64,000 nt of DNA, taken from the IMG/VR virus record IMGVR_UViG_2802429052_000001, positions 27,845 through 91,844 of that record. One strand, written 5' to 3'. The notes under the pieces are model-generated. The model worked only from the letters and a program-made list of their open reading frames with translations, searched no databases and had not been told where the DNA came from. Source of the DNA: a virus. Lineage: Duplodnaviria; Heunggongvirae; Uroviricota; Caudoviricetes. Position numbers and translations under genes: made by a program. Shown piece by piece: positions 27,193-37,709 of this stretch; the stretch's first letter is position 1; every line of letters starts with the position of its first letter.

Positions 27193-28899
27193 TTAGGACT
27201 GGGGGGCCAGTGTGATGACGTTGATGGCTTCAAATGCGCCAGTGATGAAGCGTTGAATCCTGCCCAAGGGGGCCTCGTCGCGGCGGCCGTCACCGAGCTG
27301 CACCAGGGTGGTCTGCTCGGTGGGGGTGATGCGCCACATGGTGTTCTCGATGTAGTCGGTGATCATCTTGGTTCGGCGGTGATACACCAGCGACATCAAG
27401 CCGCCCTCGAAAATGTCTCGGCCCAAGGCATATTGGTCACCGTTTCGGAAAGTGACCTGCGCCGTGGTAGCACCCTGGGCATCGAAAATCGCGTTAATGA
27501 ACGCGAACATGGTTTCGATGTTGTACGGGGCGCTGGCGGTCGGGTAGAACCGCTCGATGGCCGGATGAAAGGGGCCCACCTCGTCGCGGACCTGGTACAC
27601 CTGGACCATCTGGAACGCCAGGAAGCTGTTGTTGAGAAATCCCGAGAGCAGATCCGACGGGATGCCGGAGAACCCAACCACGATCATCAACGAATCGATC
27701 AACCACGCAAACGTGGCATTCATAAGATCGTTCAACCACTTTGGAGAACGACCGCCGATGATGTGTTGCCAGCCCTCGGGGGTGTGGTCGGCGATTTCGC
27801 AGCTGATGATGTTGGAGTCCTCGCCCTCTTCGGGGGCGACGACGTAGGCGTAGGGCTGCTCGAAATCGACACCGAGCTTGGGTGCGTAGAACACTCCGCT
27901 CATGCCGGGTACCTGCTGAATGACTGGCTTGAAGATGTCGCCGAGTGATCCGCCGAGGTCGATGACTGTCTTGATCACCGAATCAGCAACGGTTTTGGTG
28001 GGTCCCGAGATTTGTTGGCGGTCCCGGGTCGAAAACACGTAGGTGGGCGAATCGAGGTTGGCCCACTTGTCCGGTTGCGGGTCACCGGGGCGCCACAGGT
28101 CCATGCGGGTGTCCACACCGTAGGCGCGGGTGACATCCTTGATGACCGTTCCGCAGGTTTCCATGCGAACGGTCTTGGCGCACATGGGCGATGTGTCCAG
28201 GAATGGGTCGGTGCGCTGCACATAGGTGGGGGTGCGCAGCATCTTGCCGAAGGTCTGCACCGAGAGCCCGTCACGTTTGAGGGCCTGCAGGATCGTGCCC
28301 ATCCATGCCCGGATGTCGCCGTTGAGTGACAGGCCGTTGTTGACGAACTCCAGCCACCCGGACTGAATGCGCAACGCGCACTCGGCGACCATGTTCTCCA
28401 CGCAGGTCTGCAGCGCCCAGATGAAGATCGCGTGCGAAATGGGCTGGGCGGCAAGGGGAAGCCACCACGTCGGCCAGATCACGTAGTAGTTCAGGATGTC
28501 CCAAATGCCGCGCATCTCGACATTGCCTGTCCACGCGTCCTTTTCGTAGCGGTAGCGGTGAACCTTGGTGTAGAAGTTCTGTCGGCTGCCGGCGGTCTCC
28601 ATCTCGACCCCGACCAGGGTGTTGCGGCAGTCCATGAACATCTGGATCAGCGGCGAGCTGCCCTTGAGCATCAGCTTTCCGGTGGGGCAGTCGTTGCGCG
28701 GCCGGGCGCCCGAACCCTCCATCAGGTCCGAGCCCACCGAGGCCATTGGGGTCCACATCTTGTCGCAGACGGTGAACCGATAGCTGGTGTCGACCTTCGA
28801 GTTTTTCTCGGTCAGGGCGCGGGCGGTGGCGGCGATCCGCGCGATATCGCCCGAGCGCTTGGCCGCCTCCCAGCGCTGCTCATCGGATATGGGCATCAC
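27193..28899 (-). CDS. Minor tail protein (568 aa)
   Basis: Large protein between tape measure-proximal tail genes; homolog of truncated A ORF 1..1286. Confidence 0.6.
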   Translation of the reverse strand: MMPISDEQRWEAAKRSGDIARIAATARALTEKNSKVDTSYRFTVCDKMWTPMASVGSDLMEGSGARPRNDCPTGKLMLKGSSPLIQMFMDCRNTLVGVEMETAGSRQNFYTKVHRYRYEKDAWTGNVEMRGIWDILNYYVIWPTWWLPLAAQPISHAIFIWALQTCVENMVAECALRIQSGWLEFVNNGLSLNGDIRAWMGTILQALKRDGLSVQTFGKMLRTPTYVQRTDPFLDTSPMCAKTVRMETCGTVIKDVTRAYGVDTRMDLWRPGDPQPDKWANLDSPTYVFSTRDRQQISGPTKTVADSVIKTVIDLGGSLGDIFKPVIQQVPGMSGVFYAPKLGVDFEQPYAYVVAPEEGEDSNIISCEIADHTPEGWQHIIGGRSPKWLNDLMNATFAWLIDSLMIVVGFSGIPSDLLSGFLNNSFLAFQMVQVYQVRDEVGPFHPAIERFYPTASAPYNIETMFAFINAIFDAQGATTAQVTFRNGDQYALGRDIFEGGLMSLVYHRRTKMITDYIENTMWRITPTEQTTLVQLGDGRRDEAPLGRIQRFITGAFEAINVITLAPQS

Positions 28900-28939
28900 G
28901 AGATGGCCCCTGGATCGCAGGGGCGCAACGCATTGCGCA

Positions 28940-30670
28940 TTAGAGCGGGTATCTCCGTCGCGGCGTGCCCGAGGCGATGATCTTGGAGTCGGCGTTGCCG
29001 CCCTCGATCGAGACCTTCACGAAATACGGCTGCGCGGGATTGCCCGGTGATTTCGGTGGTATCGCCGCGTTCTTGGAAAAGCGGCCCTTGAGGTACTTGT
29101 ACAGCGGGCCCTGCGGCGGGGTGATGCCGAACTGCGACTTGATCTGATCGGCGAACGCCGTACCGTTCATGCCCGCAAAGCTCATGAACTTCTCGATCGC
29201 CTCCTGGAACAAATCGAGTTCCTGCGGTGAGGGCGGCACCGAGGTCAGGTCTTGCACCAAGGTGGTGTGTACGCGCGGATCGGTGCGCAAAAACACCACC
29301 TGATTGGGTAGCAGCGGACCGAATTCGACATATTCGTCCGAGCCGGGCCCGTCGTAGATCTTGACCTTGGTGAACGGCCCGAATAGCACGTAGTCGTCGT
29401 ACATGTCCTGATCACCGATGTTGATGCGCTTGAGGAACCCGGTTTGCGCCACGGCAGCGTTATCGCCCGCGGAAAGTTTGCGGATAGAGGACGGTGTAGC
29501 CTGGCTGATCACCGCACCGGCGGCGAACATGCCGTTGCCGACGCCCCGATGCGCTGCCCCCAGGGGCGAGCCCGTGCCGGCTTCGGTGACCGACAAGATC
29601 TCCATGTCGTTGCGCAGCACGCGGAACGTGCGCGGGTGATCCTCGGTGCCGCACACCAGCGTGAACTTCTCGCCCGGCAGCGGCCCGATGGGGATGGCCA
29701 GCGGCCAGCTGCGCAAGGTGGTCTCAACGAAGTTCACCGTGTAGTACACGCGCAGGTATCCAGCGCCGTACTCGACGAACACCCCGTCGCCAGCCCAGCT
29801 GCCGTCAGGATTGCGGTTCATGCGCGCGCCCAGGATGTTTCGGCCCGAGTCGGGCACCGACCACTCCTGAAATCCCCCGTGCACCTGGGAGACGACCTGG
29901 TTATCGGTATCGGTGTCGAAATCGGGCCAGGGCCCGTTGATGACCCGGCGCCACTGGGTGCCAAACCCGTGTTCGGGGTCGTCCCACCAACGCATTTGGT
30001 CGTTGTAGGAGGTGCAGAACCCGCCGCCGGGGCCGCTGTAGCGCTGCGGAATCGCGCCGAGATCCTTGGTTTGGCGATGGTCGACCGCGAAGGTGTCGGT
30101 CATCGCGTCGTAGGTGAACGCGAACGAGTCCGCGTGGTCGAACGACTTCCAGGTGCCGGTGTCGGCCTGTAGCCGCAGCGTGGCTTTCTGCGAGGTGCCC
30201 TTGCGCATAGCCGAAACCGGATCGGGTTGCCCGCCTTGGAACCAGCGCACGTCGGCCCACCAGTACCCGGCATCGTGATCGAAAAAGTCCAGCCGGGAAC
30301 ACTTGATGGCGTCCAGCGAATCGATCAGATGCCGATAGACCCGGCGCGTGCGCGCGGCGTTGCGGCCCCGGCACTTGACCGTGAGCTTGACCTCGACCGG
30401 ATCCAAAAACGCGTCGATATGGTGAACGCCATCCTCGGTCGCACCCTTCTGGGTGACGTGCTTCCACGGCGCGATCAGGCCTTCGAGGTCGATCAAATGC
30501 ACGGCTTCTGGCGCCGTGTACGGGTCGGGAATCGCGTACCCGCCGATCATGAACATCTCGACCGACCCGTCAAAGGCGGTCAGGCGCATCATGGGCTTTT
30601 CGCCGTTGACGAGGTGATACCAGCCATGGGGTGTGACGGGGTTGGCCGGATAACGGATCGTCACGGTCAC
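28940..30670 (-). CDS. Minor tail protein (576 aa), distal tail/baseplate-like
   Basis: First large gene after tape measure, 4-nt overlap with it. Confidence 0.6.
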   Translation of the reverse strand: MTVTIRYPANPVTPHGWYHLVNGEKPMMRLTAFDGSVEMFMIGGYAIPDPYTAPEAVHLIDLEGLIAPWKHVTQKGATEDGVHHIDAFLDPVEVKLTVKCRGRNAARTRRVYRHLIDSLDAIKCSRLDFFDHDAGYWWADVRWFQGGQPDPVSAMRKGTSQKATLRLQADTGTWKSFDHADSFAFTYDAMTDTFAVDHRQTKDLGAIPQRYSGPGGGFCTSYNDQMRWWDDPEHGFGTQWRRVINGPWPDFDTDTDNQVVSQVHGGFQEWSVPDSGRNILGARMNRNPDGSWAGDGVFVEYGAGYLRVYYTVNFVETTLRSWPLAIPIGPLPGEKFTLVCGTEDHPRTFRVLRNDMEILSVTEAGTGSPLGAAHRGVGNGMFAAGAVISQATPSSIRKLSAGDNAAVAQTGFLKRINIGDQDMYDDYVLFGPFTKVKIYDGPGSDEYVEFGPLLPNQVVFLRTDPRVHTTLVQDLTSVPPSPQELDLFQEAIEKFMSFAGMNGTAFADQIKSQFGITPPQGPLYKYLKGRFSKNAAIPPKSPGNPAQPYFVKVSIEGGNADSKIIASGTPRRRYPL

Positions 30671-33600
30671 ATCCCCGGCCCGGAGTTACGGGCCTGCTGA
30701 TGGAACGCGATATCGCGGCCGGTGCCGTCCTCGGTGGCGCGGTTGTTGGTGACGTGGATATTGGTGTCGCCCGCCTTGACGGGGCCGCCTTGGGCGTTCG
30801 GGTCGCCCTGATTCGGGTTCGGTGGCGCGGTCGCCTTGCCGGCCACGTTCGGGATCGCCGGGGCAGCACCAGCGACACCACCGAGGATCTTGGTCAGCCA
30901 ACTCTTGTTGGCCAGCTCCGAACCCGCGGTCGGCAGCACCGTATCCATCAAGCCCTGCACCCCGATACCTGCAGCCTGCGCACCAAACTGAATCGCCCTG
31001 TTGGCCAGCTTGATCCCGGTCTGCGCTGCCTGCCCGGCACCGGGGGCGAAGATGTCGGCCGCCGAGGCGGCCATCCCGATCGCGGTATCGATAGTGCCGC
31101 CGGGAGTGATACCGACCCCGCCCGCACCCGAACCGCTCGCCGGTTCCACACCACCAATGCGCGTCGATGACGGGCTCCAGGCCTGCGCAGGCCCGGTAGC
31201 CCCACCCCACCCGCCGCCAGCGGCCGGAATACCTGCCGTCAGGGCAGGATTGGTCAACGTCGGATCGCTCATCACCGGATCGGTACCGTCCAGGGACGGA
31301 TTACCGGTGACCGCTACGCCAGGACCGGCCGTCTTGGGGTAGAGCGCCCGGTAATCGACCGTGGGCCCGATCGGCTGCGGCGACGGTGCGCTCGACGTGC
31401 CCGACCCAAGAGGCATGTAGTACTGCTTGGGGAACTGCTTATCGAGGGCACCGGCCGCCGAGCCTCCCAGCATCGGGCCGTGTCCTCCACCAGATTCGAA
31501 ATTCATGCCGTTGGGCAGCGTCGCGGCCATGTGGCCCTGCTGCCCCGGCAGGGGATTCACGCCGACATTGAAGGCACCCGGCTGGTAGCCGGGCAGGAAA
31601 CCGAGCTTGGCAGCGCTGGCATCGGTGGCGAACGCAGTGGTATCGAACAGCCGTGCCGGTGAGGACTTCCCGTCGCGCAGCACCTCCACCAAATCCGAGA
31701 CGGCACCCGAGCAGTCGGCCAGCCCGTTCTGCAGATCAGATGCCGGAGCGTACTTTCCGCCACGCGCGGCCAATGCGTACATCGCGGCGAGGTTGGGATT
31801 TGCACCCTGTTGCAGCGCCATCGGCCCGATGCCCGCCATGGCAACGTCCTGGGCAACACCGGTGTACTGCGGCCCAAACACGCCCTGGGCGGCCAGGATG
31901 CCCATGGCGCCGTATCCGCCCTTGGACGGGTTGAGCTGGCTGACCGCGCCGAGCTGGCCAAGGATCGGGGCCGCCGCCATATTGGCCAGGAACTTAGTCA
32001 GATTCTCGGCCAGCCCCGGCAGGCCCTTGGAGATCCCGAAATCCTTGTCCAGTGCCGCACCGATCTGGCCCATGCCGTCGGCGAGGCCCTGCGTTGCACC
32101 CTCCAGCTTCTTCCACGTACCTTGCTGCGCCTCAGCCAGTTTCATCTGCGCCGAAACGTACGAGCGCTCGGCGTCAGCAACCTGATTGCGCGCTCGCAGT
32201 AGTGCATCCTGATCGGCGTTACCCTGCTGCTCCAGCCGGATCAACGCAATGCGGTCCTGCTCCAGAGAGTTCTTGGCCCGGATCGCCGACGACTCAGCGT
32301 CATACACCCGCATGGGGTCGACCTCGTAGCGACCGAGACCGGGGCCGCCCTTGGGAGATGAAACGAGTACCCCGGGCGCTGCGGTCGGCGCCGTGGCCAA
32401 TCCTGGCGGCATGGCAACGGGCTTAGCCTCCACCGACCAAAGACTCGGATCGATCGGGGGCTTGGTCTTGTCACCCTTGTCAGCGGCCTCGATCTGCTTC
32501 TTGGCCTCGTCGAACGGCATTCCCGGGCCGGCTGGCGTCGGGCCTGCGGGACTCTGCGGCTTGGGGGCCAGTGGTGAGTTGGCCGGTACCGGGACGCCGG
32601 GCGTGGGGTTGATCAAGTTGCCCAGTCCGAGCCCCACGCCGTCGCCGATAGCGTTGGCGGTGCTGCCCGGTGCGGGGATGAAAGCGCCGGGCAGATTCGG
32701 GTCGAGCTGAACCGGGGTCGTCGGCGCGGTGATCTCATCGCCCGCGCTGTTTCGCCCGCCTCCCGACCCGCCGTAGACGGGGTGGGTTACCTGCTCGCCA
32801 ATCCAGTTCGGGATGCTCTGACTGAAGAACTTCACGAATGAGGTGTTGGCGAGCCTCTTTTCGATCTTGTCTATCTCGTTGGAGATGGTGTCGCCCAGCT
32901 TGGTCCAACCGCTGGCGTGCTCCTGCAGGGTGTCAGTTGCCTTGTCGGTCTTGCCCTTGATGTCGTCGAACTGCTGTCCGGCCTTCTTGAGGTCCATGGC
33001 AGCGATGGCGGTGTTGGCTTCTTCCCATCGGGTTTTGAACAGCGCCAGCCCGATGTTCGTGCGCTGTTGCGGGTCCTCGATGGCCGCCATTGCGACCATG
33101 ATGGCCTCGAACGCCCTTTTGGCTTCGTCCCCGCCCGCGGCGAAAGACTTGCCCATCGCGTCGGAGTCGAATCCCAAGGCCTTGAACGCCGCACGCGTGC
33201 TGACCGAGCCGTCGTTGGCGCTGATGGCGAACTCGCGCAATGAGTCTGCGGCCAGATCGGTGTTGCGGATGTTCGCCTCGTACATCTGGTTGATCAGGCC
33301 CAGTGCCTCGCCGCCGGTTAGTCCGAGGTTTTTGAAGTTGATGGCGTACTCGTTGAGTGTGTCCATCATGTCGCCGGTGAGATTGAGGCCCTTTTGCTGC
33401 GCGCCGAGGATTAGGTCGAAGGCGTCGACATAGCTCTTAACCATGCCGCCGGAGACGAGACCGCGCGCTCCCAGTGCCAGCGAGCGGGCATCTTCGCCGG
33501 TGAACGCTTGGACTGTCTGCATGCGTTCGACGAACTTCTGCGCGTCCTGCTCACTGGTGTTCGCGTTGATCAGTCGTGCCTGAAATCCCACGTCGAGCGT

Positions 33601-34359
33601 CGACAGATTCTCTTGCGCGGACTGTCCAAAACCCTTGGCCCATGCGCTACCTGCGGCGTTACTGAACCGGCCCATGGTGTCCTTGTCCACACCCATGCGA
33701 GTTCGGAACACATCCTCGACACGCAACTGGGCCATGCCGTCGGCGATGCCGCTGGCGATCCGGCTTCCGACAAGGACGCCGACGGCGGTCAAGCCCAACA
33801 GTGCCATTCCGATGGGACCGCCTGCGGTGCCGAGTCGGGCGATTGAGGCCGCGCTGCTCACGCCATGGGTGAATCCGCCCGAGAATCCGTCGGCCATGTC
33901 GCGGCCGAGCTGGGCCGCCTGGCCAGCCTGAGCGCGCATCCCGCCGATGAAGTTGGTGTTGTTGCGGCGGCCAGCTTCGTCTGCGGCTTCCTGGTATTCG
34001 CGATAGGCCTGCGTTGCATCACGGACGGCGCGTGATTCGGCACGGCGGGCGGTCTCTACCCTTTCGGCCTGGCGCACGATCCGGGCACCATCGGCATCGC
34101 TGTCGCGTAGGCGCTGCAGCTGCGCTTCTTCGGACTTGAGTCGACCAACGGCATCCGATGCCTTGTCGTAGGCATCAGAAGCCCTGTCGCCCATGCGCTT
34201 TAGCGACTTCTCGACTTCCTTGGAGCTGCCCGCCAGTGCGTTGGCGAAATCGCGGCCGGCGTCCTTGCCCGCGTTGCCGAATGTACGTGTGGCGTCGTCG
34301 GCAACCCGCTTCCACGACCGATGATCAGCGGCGGCCCCGATGGGTATCTGCACGGACAT
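30667..34359 (-). CDS. Tape measure protein (1230 aa)
   Basis: Very long helical/Gly-Ala rich ORF downstream of tail chaperones. Confidence 0.85.
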   Translation of the reverse strand: MSVQIPIGAAADHRSWKRVADDATRTFGNAGKDAGRDFANALAGSSKEVEKSLKRMGDRASDAYDKASDAVGRLKSEEAQLQRLRDSDADGARIVRQAERVETARRAESRAVRDATQAYREYQEAADEAGRRNNTNFIGGMRAQAGQAAQLGRDMADGFSGGFTHGVSSAASIARLGTAGGPIGMALLGLTAVGVLVGSRIASGIADGMAQLRVEDVFRTRMGVDKDTMGRFSNAAGSAWAKGFGQSAQENLSTLDVGFQARLINANTSEQDAQKFVERMQTVQAFTGEDARSLALGARGLVSGGMVKSYVDAFDLILGAQQKGLNLTGDMMDTLNEYAINFKNLGLTGGEALGLINQMYEANIRNTDLAADSLREFAISANDGSVSTRAAFKALGFDSDAMGKSFAAGGDEAKRAFEAIMVAMAAIEDPQQRTNIGLALFKTRWEEANTAIAAMDLKKAGQQFDDIKGKTDKATDTLQEHASGWTKLGDTISNEIDKIEKRLANTSFVKFFSQSIPNWIGEQVTHPVYGGSGGGRNSAGDEITAPTTPVQLDPNLPGAFIPAPGSTANAIGDGVGLGLGNLINPTPGVPVPANSPLAPKPQSPAGPTPAGPGMPFDEAKKQIEAADKGDKTKPPIDPSLWSVEAKPVAMPPGLATAPTAAPGVLVSSPKGGPGLGRYEVDPMRVYDAESSAIRAKNSLEQDRIALIRLEQQGNADQDALLRARNQVADAERSYVSAQMKLAEAQQGTWKKLEGATQGLADGMGQIGAALDKDFGISKGLPGLAENLTKFLANMAAAPILGQLGAVSQLNPSKGGYGAMGILAAQGVFGPQYTGVAQDVAMAGIGPMALQQGANPNLAAMYALAARGGKYAPASDLQNGLADCSGAVSDLVEVLRDGKSSPARLFDTTAFATDASAAKLGFLPGYQPGAFNVGVNPLPGQQGHMAATLPNGMNFESGGGHGPMLGGSAAGALDKQFPKQYYMPLGSGTSSAPSPQPIGPTVDYRALYPKTAGPGVAVTGNPSLDGTDPVMSDPTLTNPALTAGIPAAGGGWGGATGPAQAWSPSSTRIGGVEPASGSGAGGVGITPGGTIDTAIGMAASAADIFAPGAGQAAQTGIKLANRAIQFGAQAAGIGVQGLMDTVLPTAGSELANKSWLTKILGGVAGAAPAIPNVAGKATAPPNPNQGDPNAQGGPVKAGDTNIHVTNNRATEDGTGRDIAFHQQARNSGPGM

Positions 34360-34376
34360 GGTTCACCTCCTGATCA

Positions 34377-34685
34377 TTAGTCGCCAAAAGCGTCTTCTAA
34401 CAGCTCTTCTCGCGCCGATTCGATGAATTCGTTTTCAGCGGAGTCAAGTTCGTGCTGTTTGCGAGATGCCAGCGGCGATGAGTACTTGGTGTACATGTAC
34501 TCGTGCGGGGTGCCGGTGTACTTGCTGGCGCGATATGCCGCCAGCTCGTTGTGCGTCTCGGCGGCGATCTTCTGCATGACCGTCCAGTCGCCGTCGCGCC
34601 CAAACGGCGGCGGCGCATGGGTTTTGAACTCCGAGTCTTCGGGTAGCTGGTGGATCAGCGACAGTAGTTGACGGCTGGAGAGCAC
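34377..34685 (-). CDS. Tail assembly chaperone, frameshift-extension (T) portion
   Basis: Frame stays open upstream to overlap end of 34798..35316; position before tape measure. Confidence 0.5.
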   Translation of the reverse strand: MLSSRQLLSLIHQLPEDSEFKTHAPPPFGRDGDWTVMQKIAAETHNELAAYRASKYTGTPHEYMYTKYSSPLASRKQHELDSAENEFIESAREELLEDAFGD

Positions 34686-34797
34686 CAGGGCGCCGCGCTC
34701 ATCACGCGTGCCCTGGTGCCAATCAGCGATGCGTACACCGCGAAAACGTAGATCAGCCTCGATGGCGTTGGGCCATCGACTCCAAAGTGCGACTGCC

Positions 34798-35316
34798 TCA
34801 ATTACTTTTGGAGTCGATCTTTGTCCGTTCCTCCAGCTGGCGTTGCATCAGCTTCCAGTGCGTATCGATCTGGCCGGGAACACCGCCCGCGGCGAGGAAT
34901 TTGTCGTAGATGGCTCTGCTACCCATGAGCGCGATGCACAGCTGCTCGTCAGGGTCGTAGTCCTGGCCATCCTTGAGGTACGGGTAGATGGTGCGCTCGA
35001 CCTTCTTACCCTCGACGAGCGGATGGTCGATGAGCTCGGTATCGAGGGCGTTCATTTCCCGCAGGTAGTCGCGATACCGCTTGCGCTGCTCGGTGTCGAG
35101 AAACGCGGGGTTGGGCAGCTCCCAAACTTCGCCGCCGCCGAGGTCAAAGGTCACACCCGCCATGAACCCAAGAAGGTCAGCGGCTTGCCCGCGCGCCTTC
35201 TTCGGGTCAACGGGATGTAGCGGGTCAGTGGCGTCGTCGTGGCTCTGGTTGTCAGGCATGGTGAAACCTTTCGGGCTGTTGGACTTCGGTTTTCGGGCTG
35301 CATGGGTGGGGCTCAC
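34798..35316 (-). CDS. Tail assembly chaperone (G)
   Basis: Acidic about 170 aa protein between major tail and tape measure. Confidence 0.55.
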   Translation of the reverse strand: MSPTHAARKPKSNSPKGFTMPDNQSHDDATDPLHPVDPKKARGQAADLLGFMAGVTFDLGGGEVWELPNPAFLDTEQRKRYRDYLREMNALDTELIDHPLVEGKKVERTIYPYLKDGQDYDPDEQLCIALMGSRAIYDKFLAAGGVPGQIDTHWKLMQRQLEERTKIDSKSN

Positions 35317-35355
35317 CTGGCGGGCGCAGCCCGACGCCCGCCGGGTGAGGGTTCA

Positions 35356-36435
35356 TTAGGCGATGGTCACGACGGCAGACTTCGGGGTGTAGACCGAGGC
35401 GCCGTTGGTGCCGGTCACCTTTACGCGGAACTTGGTTGCACCGGCTGCCACGCCCTTGACCTTGACCGTGGTGTTGCCACCCGAGGAGACCGCGGCGCCA
35501 TCGAGCTCTGCGGGCAGCCAGGTGGTCCCGTCATCGACGGTGCTTTCGACGGTGAAGGTGAACGGATCACCGGCGCCCGTGGGGTCGGTGAATACGATCG
35601 AGGCCTTACCGGCGGCACCGGGGGTGACCGTCGGCGGGGTGTTCGACACCTTGGGGGCGCCCTGAATCGTGGTCCAGCCCTTGCCGCCGACCCATTCGCC
35701 ATCCAGGCCGGGAATCAGGATGCCCGGGTTGCGCGGATCGGGGATCAGGAAGAACGGGTCAGGTTCGAGCGAAAACTCCAACTCGGCGGCGTCGGCGTCT
35801 TCCTTGTCCATCTTGGCCGCGCCGATCTTGGTCAGCTTGCACAGCGGGATGGGCTCGACGGTGTACAGCTTGCCGCCGGCCCGGGACCGTGCGCGCACCA
35901 AAAGTAGCTGGCGGGGAACGAAATCGGCTTCCAGTGGGGTGCCGACGAAAAAGTCCTTCTGACCGGCGTCCTCGACCAGCAGGTTGCCGTCCTCGTCCTG
36001 TAGCGGCAGGTTGTTGCGCACTCGCTTGACCAACGGCTTGAGCGATTCGATCGGGGTGAACTTCACCGTCTTGCCGATCTTGGTGATGTCGTTCTCGATC
36101 GGGAAGTTCGACTGCAAGATCTCCAGCGGACTGACGTCGACGTTCGGTTCGCGCTCGGGGCCACCGGTCTTGGTGTTGGCACCCATGAACAGCCAGCCCT
36201 GGTTGGGCTCGGGGTTGGTGCGCCATTCGCCGCCGATCTTGCGCTGCGCGAACAGATCCGGGCGTAGCTTGCCGTCCTCGGTGAGCGGGTTGAACACGTG
36301 CGGGCTGATATCGGTCGCGGCGCCGCGGTAGTCGCGGATCAGCACGGCCACCAGTGGGCCACGAATGGCGAACCGGTTATCAACGTCGTTGAATCCGCCG
36401 TCGCTCCAGTCAACGCCGGGTGTGGGTTGCGTCAT
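35356..36435 (-). CDS. Major tail subunit with C-terminal Ig-like domain
   Basis: GAAAGGAG RBS; C-terminal TVTPGAAGKASIVF...KVKGVAAG Ig-like repeat. Confidence 0.65.
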   Translation of the reverse strand: MTQPTPGVDWSDGGFNDVDNRFAIRGPLVAVLIRDYRGAATDISPHVFNPLTEDGKLRPDLFAQRKIGGEWRTNPEPNQGWLFMGANTKTGGPEREPNVDVSPLEILQSNFPIENDITKIGKTVKFTPIESLKPLVKRVRNNLPLQDEDGNLLVEDAGQKDFFVGTPLEADFVPRQLLLVRARSRAGGKLYTVEPIPLCKLTKIGAAKMDKEDADAAELEFSLEPDPFFLIPDPRNPGILIPGLDGEWVGGKGWTTIQGAPKVSNTPPTVTPGAAGKASIVFTDPTGAGDPFTFTVESTVDDGTTWLPAELDGAAVSSGGNTTVKVKGVAAGATKFRVKVTGTNGASVYTPKSAVVTIA

Positions 36436-36532
36436 GTGACGCTCCTTTCATGGGTGAGGAACCGGAAAGGGGAACAGATTCCGGCGATTTGGTGCGGCAC
36501 AGCGCCGCGACGCGATCGAGGGACCGCGACGT

Positions 36533-36943
36533 TTAGATGAAGGACAAGCCGAGTTCGCAGATCGCCTTGAGGCGAAAGGCGTTGTCGGCCTTGTATTCGC
36601 GCAGCGTGGAGAGCTGCTGAAAGTCGATGTAGTCGACGTTGGCGACCGTGCCATCGGGCATGGGCACATCCACGATGTCTTTGCCGAGCAGCATGATCCG
36701 CCGATCGGTCTTGATGCCCTCACGCTGCGCCTCGGTGATCGTCTTGCCGAAGGTGTGGATCGACAGGACAGCGGTGCAGTAGAACAGGTTCGCGTCGTAG
36801 GTGCCGTCAATCATGTTGATCTGGCGGAACGGAAGCGGATCGTCGGGCTTGCGTTCGATGTCGCAGGGGCCCAGCGGTGCGAGGTGGGCGAGCATCATCA
36901 CGATCGCGTTGGGGGGCATCTGCTCATGCAGCGCGGCAGTCAT
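36533..36943 (-). CDS. Head-tail connector/tail terminator protein
   Basis: Small gene chain between capsid and major tail with 1-4 nt overlaps. Confidence 0.45.
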   Translation of the reverse strand: MTAALHEQMPPNAIVMMLAHLAPLGPCDIERKPDDPLPFRQINMIDGTYDANLFYCTAVLSIHTFGKTITEAQREGIKTDRRIMLLGKDIVDVPMPDGTVANVDYIDFQQLSTLREYKADNAFRLKAICELGLSFI

Positions 36944-37302
36944 CAGTCGGGCCTGTTGATGACATCGGCGGCCGTGCCGCCGAACGCGATGGCGGTGCGG
37001 GCCGCGACGGCGAACTCCGGTGTCGGGCTGGTGCCCCCGGTGCCGTCCTCGATCCAGTGGGCTTTGAAGTTGTCGTTGACGACCCTGGTGTCATCGTCAC
37101 GGCCCTTGCCCTGCTGCACTTTCCACGCCGCGCCGTAGTCGCCGTGATCGACCGGCGAGATGGCCTTGGCGTGTGCGGCCATCTCCTTGCCGACGCGCGC
37201 CTTCTCAGCTTTGGCTTGCGCCGAGGTGTGGATCGCCTTGTCGATCTCGGACTGCGGCACACCCAATGCGACCAGCGGGTTGGGTCTGCGATCTGCGGCC
37301 AT
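36943..37302 (-). CDS. Head-tail connector protein
   Basis: Same chain; ATGA overlap. Confidence 0.45.
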   Translation of the reverse strand: MAADRRPNPLVALGVPQSEIDKAIHTSAQAKAEKARVGKEMAAHAKAISPVDHGDYGAAWKVQQGKGRDDDTRVVNDNFKAHWIEDGTGGTSPTPEFAVAARTAIAFGGTAADVINRPD

Positions 37303-37709
37303 CAGCCGACCCTGCGCTGGCAGATACAGAACACATGATCTTCGCGGCCGTCGAGGTCGAATTCGAGCACCGCGTCACCGACCATGCTGTGATCGCGGCC
37401 CAGGTGGCGAATCCGGTGCGCCGATCCGATGTCGGCGACCGCGACGGGCGCGGCGGCACCACTGCCGTCAACAGCAGGTATGTGACCATCGACGACCGGC
37501 AGGAACGCCCACGATTGCTCAGTGGTTGTGGTGGTGATCCCCTGGTTGTCCTCGGCCGTCGACTGCACCTCGAACAGGCAGTTATCGACCCACACAACGC
37601 GTTCGGTGACTTGCGGCTTGCGGTACTCGTCCAGGATCGGGTCGCCCTGCCCGTCGAGCACCGGCACATCCCACACGATCGCGAGCCGCTGCCCGCCCAG
37701 GGTGTCCAT
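37302..37709 (-). CDS. Head-tail adaptor protein
   Basis: Same chain. Confidence 0.45.
   Translation of the reverse strand: MDTLGGQRLAIVWDVPVLDGQGDPILDEYRKPQVTERVVWVDNCLFEVQSTAEDNQGITTTTTEQSWAFLPVVDGHIPAVDGSGAAAPVAVADIGSAHRIRHLGRDHSMVGDAVLEFDLDGREDHVFCICQRRVG

Noticed and set aside
36436-36532. Hairpins upstream of the major tail gene as a terminator
   Set aside because: Short stems without a T-run. More likely part of the RBS/5' UTR of the highly expressed major tail gene.
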